From: an uncultured Chthoniobacter sp.
GTDB lineage: Bacteria; Verrucomicrobiota; Verrucomicrobiia; Chthoniobacterales; Terrimicrobiaceae
Length of the DNA stretch: 43,256 nt
Reading direction: 5' to 3'
NCBI GenBank assembly: GCA_964601115.1
Contig: CAZRLX010000002.1
Coordinates: forward strand, 1 to 43,256
The position numbers and the translations under genes were made by a program. Of this stretch, positions 25,875-35,006 are shown piece after piece. The notes below the pieces were generated by a model. That model did not search any database. It saw only the letters and a list, made by a program, of their open reading frames with translations, and had not been told where the DNA came from. Position 1 is the first letter of the stretch. Every line of letters starts with the position of its first letter.

Positions 25875-26812
25875 AGGCATTCATCGGTTCCATCCTTGGC
25901 GTGGTCTTGATGGCGATGCCGCAGATTGTTCTCGCGGATTCAGGGGTCGATGTTTTTCAGGGGTGCCGGTTTGTTTCCAACGAGTGGGCGGATGGCGACA
26001 GTTTTCCCGCAAGGTTGCCCGACGGGCGCGAGTTGACCGTGCGGCTGTATGGAGTCGACTGCATCGAGACGGTCGCTTCCAACGAAACTCTCGCGCGGCG
26101 TTTGCGCGCCCAGCGGAGGTATTTCGGAATCGAGGGCGGGGATGGTGTCGATTCGGCGGAGACCGCGAGAATGCTTGGCATCGAGGCGGCGAAGCGGACC
26201 GCTTCCTTGCTGGCGGAACCATTCACCGTGGAGACAACGTTCACGGATGCCCGCGGCTCTGGAGTTTCGCAGAGGGTCTACGCGTATGTGACTTTGAAGG
26301 ATGGCCGGGACTTGGGATCGGTGCTTGTCGCAGAGGGGTTGGCAAGGGCCTTCGGAGTCGTTCGAGGCCGTGCCGACGGGACATCCGGCGAGGAATACCG
26401 TCAACGCCTTGCCGACCTCGAGTTGGTGGCGGTCGGTTCGCGGCGCGGGGCTTGGGCAAAGACCGATTGGGACAAGCTTGCCGCCGACAGGGCGCTTGAG
26501 CGGAACGAGGCGCACGAACTCGCCGCCCTCATGGGCAAAACCCCGCCCGCCGCAGGAGTCGATCCGAACACCGCCCCGGCATCCCTCCTCGAAACCCTCC
26601 CGGGCATCGGGCCCGTCCTTGCGGAGCGCATCATCGCGGAGCGCGACGGGAGCCTTTTCCTTTCGGCCAATGATCTTCGGCGGGTGAGGGGAATCAATGA
26701 AGGTCTGTTGGGGCGGATTGCGCCGCATCTCCGGTTCGACGAGACCGAGCCTCAAAACATCGCCACTCCCGTGGGAACGGGCGGGACACCCAGCCAGCGG
26801 GCCAGCGACTGA
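25871..26812 (+). CDS. secreted staphylococcal-nuclease (SNase)-fold nuclease fused to a ComEA-like helix-hairpin-helix DNA-binding domain
   Basis: The GTG start overlaps the upstream stop as GTGA. The signal peptide is MKAFIGSILGVVLMAMPQIVLA. SNase core motifs are VRLYGVDCIE, RVYAYV, LVAEGLARAF and RGAWA. The C-terminal HhH is VDPNTAPASLLETLPGIGPVLAERIIAERDGSLFLSANDLRRVRGI. Confidence 0.8.
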   Translation: MKAFIGSILGVVLMAMPQIVLADSGVDVFQGCRFVSNEWADGDSFPARLPDGRELTVRLYGVDCIETVASNETLARRLRAQRRYFGIEGGDGVDSAETARMLGIEAAKRTASLLAEPFTVETTFTDARGSGVSQRVYAYVTLKDGRDLGSVLVAEGLARAFGVVRGRADGTSGEEYRQRLADLELVAVGSRRGAWAKTDWDKLAADRALERNEAHELAALMGKTPPAAGVDPNTAPASLLETLPGIGPVLAERIIAERDGSLFLSANDLRRVRGINEGLLGRIAPHLRFDETEPQNIATPVGTGGTPSQRASD

Positions 26813-27993
26813 CCGACATCGGCAAACGAGGCGCGAACACCAAAGTCGATGCCTCCGCCAAAACTGGGGCCATAAAAAAGAACAGGCACAAATTCGCGGG
26901 TGTGGTCGCTTCCGTGCATGGAGGGGTCATTCCCGTGGTCTGCTGTGATGCACAGGAGATCGCCCGGGCGGAGCGACTGGAACAGCGATGGAAGCATTCT
27001 ATCGAACGCCTCCAAGGCGAGGCCATACCCAGCAATGTCGCGGCGGTGGCCGAAGACGGCATCGAAATCCACGAAATTTGTGACAACAAGTCCGCCATCC
27101 CCGCAGGTCTGGAGGGCTTGGAGCGTCTGCTCCATGAGGGCCGGGTGTCCGGAGGCGCGGATTTCCATGGTGGTGCCGCGATGCGCGAAAATATCGCCGG
27201 TTTTTCCGATCGCGATCACGTCACGGCCAGCGGATGAGACATTGTCCAGCAATGTCGGGGCTGGTGGTGGAACGGCGAAATCCTTGCGGTTCGATGTGCG
27301 TTGAAACGGTCCCGCCGTGCCGCCGGAAAACGGACGGGCGATGACCCTTCCGACCCTCCACGGGCTTGCATCGAGAGCCTCGCGGATGGTTTTGCAGAGG
27401 GCGATCAAGCGATCCAGACCGAAAGCCTCCTCGTGGCAGGCGACTTGAAACACGCTGTCAGCCGAGGTGTAAAAAATCGGCAACCCTGTGCGGAGGTGCT
27501 CTGGGCCGAGGGATTCGATGATGGTTGTCCCCGAGGCGTGGCAGTTTCCGAGGGAACCCGGGGTGCCCCAACGCTGGAAAATGTCTTCCAGCAGCGCGGT
27601 AGGAAAACAATCCGGCTGCTCGGGAAAGTAGGTCCAATCGAACTCCACGGGCACACCGGCGAGTTCCCAATGTCCGCTTGGAGTGTCTTTTCCTGTGCCG
27701 ACGGGTGTGGCGCAGGCGTGGGAGCCAATCAGGGGTGCGGGGGTGTCCCATCCGGCGATGTCGCGGCCGCGGGCAAGGCTGGCGGCTTGTCCCAGGCCGA
27801 GCGAGCGAAGATGCGGGAGATCGAGCGGACGGGCTGGAGAGGTCGCCGATCCGTTCAGAAACGCCTCCGCGATGTGGCCGAGTGTATCCGCTCCGACATC
27901 CGTCCACGAACCCTGCCTGAAACGCCCGGCATCCGGAGCGGCTCCGATGCCGAAGGAGTCCATGACAAGGAGGATGGCGCGCCGTGATGTCAT
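26752..27993 (-). CDS. deoB: phosphopentomutase
   Basis: The start is ATG 27991-27993, reading MTSRRAILLVMDSFGIGAAPDA. Motifs are VTNFVDFD and ITADHGNDP. The protein ends ...GVAMF, as I recall E. coli DeoB does. Length is 413 aa. The track ORF is over-extended to 28161. Confidence 0.93.
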   Translation of the reverse strand: MTSRRAILLVMDSFGIGAAPDAGRFRQGSWTDVGADTLGHIAEAFLNGSATSPARPLDLPHLRSLGLGQAASLARGRDIAGWDTPAPLIGSHACATPVGTGKDTPSGHWELAGVPVEFDWTYFPEQPDCFPTALLEDIFQRWGTPGSLGNCHASGTTIIESLGPEHLRTGLPIFYTSADSVFQVACHEEAFGLDRLIALCKTIREALDASPWRVGRVIARPFSGGTAGPFQRTSNRKDFAVPPPAPTLLDNVSSAGRDVIAIGKTGDIFAHRGTTMEIRASGHPALMEQTLQALQTCGDGGLVVTNFVDFDAVFGHRRDIAGYGLALEAFDRMLPSLFQSLRPGDLLCITADHGNDPSMHGSDHTREFVPVLFYGPSFGGGIDFGVRASFADVGQSLARWLGVPPVPTGVAMF

Positions 27994-27997
27994 GGGG

Positions 27998-29311
27998 TCA
28001 ACCCATGGCCTCCAGCACGGCCGGCGAGGGGGATGGCGTGGAGTCGGAGATGCGAATCGCGGCCTGGACTCGCTGCAACGCGGCGAGGGCCTCGTGTTCG
28101 TTGCGGGCATGGATGGTGGCGAGGGGTTGGGAGGTGTGCACCCGATCGCCGAGGGAGACATGAAACACGATGCCCACCGAGTGGTCGATGCGGTCGGTGG
28201 TGCGGACTCTACCCCCTCCGAGGGCGACGACAGTCAACCCGAGTTCGCGTGTGAGCATTTCGGAGACAAGACCAGAGGACGGGGAGGGGACATCGATCGA
28301 ATAGCGCGAGCGGGGCAGGTATTTTCCCGGGGAATCCATGAAGTCCGCAGGTCCTCCAAGTGAGTGAACCATTTTGGAAAAAACCTCGGCGGCGCGTCCG
28401 CTCGCGAGGGCGGATTCGAGAGTGGATGCCGCATCCGCCGCAGACGCCGCCAATTTGCTGGCGACGAGCATTTCCGTGGCGAGCGCGAGGGTGACTTCAC
28501 GCAGTCGCGGGGCGGTGGGTTGGTTTGAAAGAAATGCGACCGCCTCAAGCACCTCGAGCGCGTTTCCCGCCGAGCGGGCGAGCGGTTGATCCATGGCGGT
28601 GAGGAGCGCCCGGGTGGGAAGTCCTGCGCTGTTGGCGACATCGATGATCCTGCGGGCGACGGATCGGGCCTGGTCGGTGGATTCCATGAACGCGCCGTTT
28701 CCGAATTTCACATCCATCACCAGATATTGGAGGCCGGCGGCGAGTTTTTTCGAGAGGATCGAGGCGGTGATGAGATCCAGCGACTCCACGGTGGCGGTGA
28801 CGTCGCGCACCGCGTAGATGCGGCGGTCCGCCGGGGCGAGCGAGGCGGTTTGGCCGATGATGGCCACCCCGCACTCGCGGACGGTTTTGGCAAACAGGTC
28901 GTTTCCCGGGGTGGTGTTGTAGCCCGGGATCGATTCGAGTTTGTCGAGGGTGCCGCCGGTGTGACCGAGGCCGCGTCCGGAGATCATGGGAACGAACGCA
29001 CCGCAGGCGGCGACGAGGGGGCCAAGGACAAGGGAGACGAGATCCCCGACGCCGCCGGTCGAGTGCTTGTCCACCACGGGGCCCGGCAGCGCGGACCAGT
29101 CGAGGGTTTCCCCCGAGTCGCACATGGCCAGGGTGAGCGAGGCGCACTCCCCGATGTTCATGCCCTTGAGAAGTGTGGCCATGGCAAATGCCGCGATCTG
29201 TGCCTCGCTGATGGATTCGTTGGCAACCCCGGAGATGAATGTCGAAATCTCCTCGCGTGAGAGCGGGATTCCGTCACGCTTTTTGCGGATGGTTTCCTGG
29301 GGAAGAAACAT
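27998..29311 (-). CDS. deoA: thymidine / pyrimidine-nucleoside phosphorylase
   Basis: The start is ATG 29309-29311, reading MFLPQETIRKKRDGIPLSREEI. Motifs are VDKHSTGGVGD and SGRGLGHTGGTLDKLESIPG. Length is 437 aa. Confidence 0.93.
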   Translation of the reverse strand: MFLPQETIRKKRDGIPLSREEISTFISGVANESISEAQIAAFAMATLLKGMNIGECASLTLAMCDSGETLDWSALPGPVVDKHSTGGVGDLVSLVLGPLVAACGAFVPMISGRGLGHTGGTLDKLESIPGYNTTPGNDLFAKTVRECGVAIIGQTASLAPADRRIYAVRDVTATVESLDLITASILSKKLAAGLQYLVMDVKFGNGAFMESTDQARSVARRIIDVANSAGLPTRALLTAMDQPLARSAGNALEVLEAVAFLSNQPTAPRLREVTLALATEMLVASKLAASAADAASTLESALASGRAAEVFSKMVHSLGGPADFMDSPGKYLPRSRYSIDVPSPSSGLVSEMLTRELGLTVVALGGGRVRTTDRIDHSVGIVFHVSLGDRVHTSQPLATIHARNEHEALAALQRVQAAIRISDSTPSPSPAVLEAMG

Positions 29312-29319
29312 GCTTTGGA

Positions 29320-29871
29320 TCACCAGCGGAGAGCAGCAGTAGCGGCGAGGGCGATCCCGTAGAGCAGGCCGCCCGCCGCGGCGCTCGACCAGCGGAGTGG
29401 GGTGGAGGTGGCCCATGCCAACGCGTCGCGGAGGAGATAGGGCATGCCAACGAGGAACAATCCGGCGATGGCCCATGCGACACCGAGCAGTGTGAGGAGA
29501 ATGCGGTCGGGTTCTGTGCGTAGGAAGGCGGATTCGAGAAGAGGTTCTGCGGCGAGCAGAAGAATCATGCCCAGCGCGCGCACGGCGAGAAATTCCTCAA
29601 GGTAGAGCCAGGAGAGAATGGCGCCCGCCACGATGCCGATGAGCATGATGTTCCGCAGCGGGGAGAACTCTCCCAGGTCGATGCGGCTGACGAGGAGGAA
29701 GCTCCACACGGCGGCGATGGCGATAAGGATCGTGGCGGCGGCGCGAGAGCGTGGAAACGAGATGGCAGCCTGCCGGAGGGCGGTGGGTTGAATGAGAGCG
29801 GCTGCGTGGGAAATGATGAGAAGAAGCCCGGCGGCGATGCCGGTCGTCTGCATCGACAGATGGTAGATCAT
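29320..29871 (-). CDS. hypothetical polytopic membrane protein (about 5-6 TM)
   Basis: 183 aa and strongly hydrophobic. Its ATG overlaps the rnc stop as ATGA. I recognise no family. Confidence 0.65.
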   Translation of the reverse strand: MIYHLSMQTTGIAAGLLLIISHAAALIQPTALRQAAISFPRSRAAATILIAIAAVWSFLLVSRIDLGEFSPLRNIMLIGIVAGAILSWLYLEEFLAVRALGMILLLAAEPLLESAFLRTEPDRILLTLLGVAWAIAGLFLVGMPYLLRDALAWATSTPLRWSSAAAGGLLYGIALAATAALRW

Positions 29872-30593
29872 TTGCGGGCCTTCTTCTTTTTTGGAGCGGG
29901 TGTTTTTGCGAATTGCTCCCAGAGTTTGTCGCCGAGGGCTGTCTGGGCGGCTGCGACCTGGGCCTCCTTTTTGCTCGAGCCTGTGCCACGTCCAAGTTCG
30001 ATGTCATTCCACACGACGCAGCAGATGAATTGTTTGGAGTGCTCCGGTCCGCTTTGGGAGAGGATGCGGTAATCGGGAGCCGAGGGTTGGATTGCTTGGA
30101 GAATCTCTTGGAGGTAGCCTTTCGGGTTGATCTCCTCGGGTTGGTTGGCGATTTCGGTGAAGACGCATTCCATTTGGCGCAGGAGGAAGATGCGAGCCGC
30201 GTCGAATCCTCCATCGAGGTAGATTGCTCCCACGAGTGACTCGAAGGCATCGGCGAGGGTGGATGCGCGTTCGCGGCCGCCGTTTGACTCCTCGCCGCGC
30301 CCCATCATCATGCAATTTCCAAGATCGAGTGCCTTCGCGCGCTCTTTCAATGCTGGGCGGGAGACGATGCGGGTGCGGAGCTTGGTGAGTTGGCCCTCTC
30401 CGAAGTCTGGAAACATGCGGAAGAGGTGTTCGGTGACAGTGACCTGAATGACAGCGTCGCCGAGGAACTCCAGGCGTTGGTTGTCAAAGGGGTAGTTTTT
30501 TCTCTCCAGCGAGATGCTGGGATGCGTGAGGGCCTCGGCCAAAAGGAGGCTGTTCCTGAACTTGTAGAGGAGGCGCTCCTCCAACGGATTCAT
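29868..30593 (-). CDS. rnc: ribonuclease III
   Basis: The start is ATG 30591-30593, reading MNPLEERLLYKF. The RNase III signature is NQRLEFLGDAV, with ADAFESLVGAIYLD and a C-terminal dsRBD (KGYLQEILQ...GTGSSKKEAQVAAAQTAL). Length is 241 aa. Confidence 0.93.
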   Translation of the reverse strand: MNPLEERLLYKFRNSLLLAEALTHPSISLERKNYPFDNQRLEFLGDAVIQVTVTEHLFRMFPDFGEGQLTKLRTRIVSRPALKERAKALDLGNCMMMGRGEESNGGRERASTLADAFESLVGAIYLDGGFDAARIFLLRQMECVFTEIANQPEEINPKGYLQEILQAIQPSAPDYRILSQSGPEHSKQFICCVVWNDIELGRGTGSSKKEAQVAAAQTALGDKLWEQFAKTPAPKKKKARK

Positions 30594-30813
30594 GAACGGA
30601 TTATCTGATGGTTTGCTTTTGTCCACGGAGTCAATGTGGCGATGCTCCGTCGTAGGCCGGACCGATCGCGGGGTTGGAGACAAATTTAGCGTTCGGGGGG
30701 CGGTGGGCAAGAATACCTTTTGCTTTCCCGGGTCAGGCGTTGGTGCGTCCGGGGAGGAAAGTTTTGGAAACCCTTGGGACCGATAATGCGCGATGGTTGC
30801 GGGTCGTGCGGTG

Positions 30814-31047
30814 TCAGGACAAGTCCTCGGCCGTGACGCTTTGCTGGGGGCGTGAAGCGAGGTGGGTTGCCTGATCCACGACGCGGTCGGGGGATTCGTC
30901 GAATCGGTAGCCATGGCAGTTCGGACAGGTGACCACCCGCGCGGCGACAATCGAGTCGCATCCCTCGCAGACCTTGAAGTTCGCGGGAGCGGCGATGATT
31001 TTTTTTGCCTTGGCCACGCGTTCCGCGAGATGGGGATCGTTCGACAT
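30814..31047 (-). CDS. small zinc-ribbon protein (CxxC...CxxC), hypothetical
   Basis: 77 aa from ATG 31045-31047. It has CEGC and CPNC pairs 13 residues apart. The track ORF is over-extended to 31356. Confidence 0.55.
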   Translation of the reverse strand: MSNDPHLAERVAKAKKIIAAPANFKVCEGCDSIVAARVVTCPNCHGYRFDESPDRVVDQATHLASRPQQSVTAEDLS

Positions 31048-31157
31048 GATTGGGACGATAGCGTTTCGCTGGTGCCGCGTCACCTGAAAGCGAGGAATGC
31101 GGGAATTTCGCGATCGTTGCTTGCAGGGAGAGGGGTGCGGGGAGTAATTCGGTGGGG

Positions 31158-31778
31158 ATGGATTCAACATCGTTTTCGAAGAGCCCGAAGTTTTCATCGC
31201 CGCGTGTCGCCTTGGTGGCGGGTGTGTTGATCCTGTTACTTGCTGTCTTTCGGGTTCTGCGGGCGGTTTGGTTGCCCGAGTTGCCGAATTTTTCGCCGAT
31301 TGCAGCGGTGGCTTTTTGCGGAGGATTGTTTCTTTCCGGTTGGATCGCGTGGGCATTGCCGCTTGGCGCGCTGGTGTTGTCGGATTTGGCGCTTTCGATG
31401 GTTCTCGGTTACGCGCCCTTCAGTGCCGGTCAGGTAGTGGTGTGGATGTCGATTGTCGGGATCGTGGGTATCGGGCGCTTGGTGTCCGTGCGCGGGGGGG
31501 TGTCGGTTTTTGGGTTTTTCGGGGTGCTTGTCGGCAGTGGGGTGGCGTTTTATGTGGTGACGAACACGGGTGCGTGGCTGATGAATCCAGCCTACCCGCG
31601 CGGGCTTGAGGGGTTGTGGATGTCATTGACCACCGGGTTGCCCGGCTTCCCGCCATCTTGGGTGTTTTTCCGCAACGCGCTTGTTTCGGATGTCCTTTTC
31701 GGAGCGCTGCTGTTGGCGGTGCGCGCCTATGCCCAGGAGGAGCGCTCAAGGGATCGAGTTGCTGTCCAGCGGGCTTGA
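31158..31778 (+). CDS. DUF6580-like polytopic membrane protein
   Basis: The motif LPNFSPIAAVAFCGGLF matches my memory of the DUF6580 family N-terminal signature. It has five to six TM helices. The start is ATG 31158; an upstream GTG at 31152 is also possible. Confidence 0.65.
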   Translation: MDSTSFSKSPKFSSPRVALVAGVLILLLAVFRVLRAVWLPELPNFSPIAAVAFCGGLFLSGWIAWALPLGALVLSDLALSMVLGYAPFSAGQVVVWMSIVGIVGIGRLVSVRGGVSVFGFFGVLVGSGVAFYVVTNTGAWLMNPAYPRGLEGLWMSLTTGLPGFPPSWVFFRNALVSDVLFGALLLAVRAYAQEERSRDRVAVQRA

Positions 31779-31887
31779 GTCTCCGATTGAACGTGTTCGG
31801 ATCCGAGTCGTTTCAGATGATTTGATCGGGAGGTGAGGGCCTGGGGTGTTGCTGATTTTGCGACACTGTTGGATTGAGGATTCGGGC

Positions 31888-33045
31888 ATGTTTTTAATCG
31901 AATCACAGTCAATGGGGGATGGCGGGGAGGAGGAGTTGGTGCGTGTCGCGGGGAATCCCGGGACGGATGCGGAGGTCCTCAGGGACATGGCGGCGAGGTG
32001 TCGGAATCGGGCGGCACGCGCGGCGCTGGCGCGGAATCCTTCGACGCCGATGAGTCAACTCGCGGCTCTCTGGCGAAGGGACCCCGGTGCGATTTTGGAA
32101 AACCCGCTTGTGTTTTTGTGGGAGTTCACGAGGCCCGGTTTGGCTCGGGAGAAGATTCCGAAGGACTGCCAGTTCATGCTCTACCAGCACTTGCTCGTGC
32201 AGGATGAGTTTGTGCCGAGGGTGGATCTTATCGACTTGGAGTGGGTGGCTTGGCATCTGGTCAACGATGTCAGGAAGTTGAAGTTCCGCTACCCGTTGCA
32301 TGTGGTGGTGCGGGACGACACGCTGAAGATTCGAATGACCTTGCTGAAGTTGTGCGTGAGGAATGTCAAGAAGGCGACAGCGTTGGCGGCGAGGTTCCCG
32401 CACGATGCGATCGAGGTGCTGGCGGCGGACTCGCGGAGCGAGGTGCGGGATGCTCTTGCCGCCGCGATCGCGGAGGGTTGGTTGACTTCGGAGCCGATGG
32501 ATTCGGAATTTCTGATCCGGATTGCGCGGGAGTTGATCTCGAAGAGCATGGGCAATCCGGAGACCGCTGCGAGCATCGCCCGGTGGCCGGTCTTGAATGC
32601 AACGCTTGTCGAGCGTCTTGCCGATCAAGCCAGTGAGAGCCTGCTGGTGGTTCTGGCCGGTCATCCGAAAGGGTCTCCCGCATTCCAGGCACGCATGGCG
32701 TCGCATCCTTACGAACAGGTGCGTGTGGCCGTGGCCTCGGTGACTCCCGTGGCGGACTTGATCGAGAAGCTCGCGAGAGATCCGAATCCCTTGGTGCGTG
32801 GAGCCTTGGCTTCGTCGCCGCATCTGACGCCTGAAATCCAGCGGGCTCTTTATGCCAACAGGGACTCCGGCATTATCCTTGGACTGGTCAAGAACCCAGT
32901 CGCCCTGCCCGAGCTATTGGAGGCAATCTCCAAGATGCCGAATCTGGCGGTTGTGGGGCACTTGAGGGGGAATCCGAACACGCCCAAGCATGTTTTGAAG
33001 TCGTTGGAACTCGTGTGCCCGATGCCCGTGGTGGGTGCGTGGTGA
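31888..33045 (+). CDS. leucine-rich-repeat-variant / HEAT-like alpha-solenoid repeat protein, hypothetical
   Basis: Recurrent motifs of the NP.TP...L type occur: AGNPGTDAEVL, ARNPSTPMSQL, ARDPNPLVRGALA, SSPHLTPEIQ, VKNPVALPELL and RGNPNTPKHVL. The start is ATG 31888, or GTG 31846. Confidence 0.65.
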   Translation: MFLIESQSMGDGGEEELVRVAGNPGTDAEVLRDMAARCRNRAARAALARNPSTPMSQLAALWRRDPGAILENPLVFLWEFTRPGLAREKIPKDCQFMLYQHLLVQDEFVPRVDLIDLEWVAWHLVNDVRKLKFRYPLHVVVRDDTLKIRMTLLKLCVRNVKKATALAARFPHDAIEVLAADSRSEVRDALAAAIAEGWLTSEPMDSEFLIRIARELISKSMGNPETAASIARWPVLNATLVERLADQASESLLVVLAGHPKGSPAFQARMASHPYEQVRVAVASVTPVADLIEKLARDPNPLVRGALASSPHLTPEIQRALYANRDSGIILGLVKNPVALPELLEAISKMPNLAVVGHLRGNPNTPKHVLKSLELVCPMPVVGAW

Positions 33046-33064
33046 GGGAAGGAGGAACCTTCGA

Positions 33065-33469
33065 TCAGACTTGTCTGCGGCGTTTGACGCGGACGAGGGC
33101 GAGCGAGCGCTGGAGGGCGGCGGAAGTGGTGGCAAATTCCTCGCCACTGAGTTTTTGGTCCGACATGGCCTTTTCCGCGCGGCGGACAGCCTCTTCGGCA
33201 GCCTCGGCATCGATGTCGCTTTCCTCGACAGCCATGTCGGTGAGAACGATGACGCGCTCGCCGGTGACTTCGACGAATCCCTCTCCGACGGCAAGGTTTG
33301 TTTCCTTGCCGTCCTTGGAGACCCGCAACTCGCCCGGTTGGATTTGGGTGAGGAGCGGAACGTGTTGGGTGAGGATGCCGAGTTCGCCTTCGACCCCGGG
33401 AACGACGACGGAGTCGACGGTGTCCGAATACGTCTTGGCCTCGGGAGTGACAATTTCGAGTTGGAACAT
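33065..33469 (-). CDS. atpC: F1 ATP synthase epsilon subunit
   Basis: 134 aa. The N-terminus is MFQLEIVTPEAKTYSDTVDSVVVPGVEGELGILTQHVPLLT, and the C-terminus is helical. Confidence 0.92.
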   Translation of the reverse strand: MFQLEIVTPEAKTYSDTVDSVVVPGVEGELGILTQHVPLLTQIQPGELRVSKDGKETNLAVGEGFVEVTGERVIVLTDMAVEESDIDAEAAEEAVRRAEKAMSDQKLSGEEFATTSAALQRSLALVRVKRRRQV

Positions 33470-33505
33470 GGCGTGGGTGCTACGCTGCGGCGTTCAAGCG
33501 CGCGG

Positions 33506-34957
<1,452 letters not shown>

Positions 34958-35006
34958 TTATTTAGTGGGTCGGCTGGCGGATGGCAACTGCAATTTGGTC
35001 GTTTGT

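Noticed and set aside
30700-30770. SRP (4.5S) RNA-like string GGTCAGG...CCGGGGAGGAAAG in the rnc upstream spacer
   Set aside because: It only partly resembles the conserved GGUCAGGUCCGGAAGGAAGCAGC helix-8 motif. A 10-nt insertion breaks it, and there is no AGCA asymmetric loop or closing helix.
31048-31157. Possible cobalamin riboswitch ahead of the DUF6580-like membrane protein (GGTGCC...GGAATGCGGGAAT)
   Set aside because: The B12-box (GCCACTG-like) and the GGTG.AA..CC core downstream of GGGAA are absent. The resemblance is limited to a short G-rich string.
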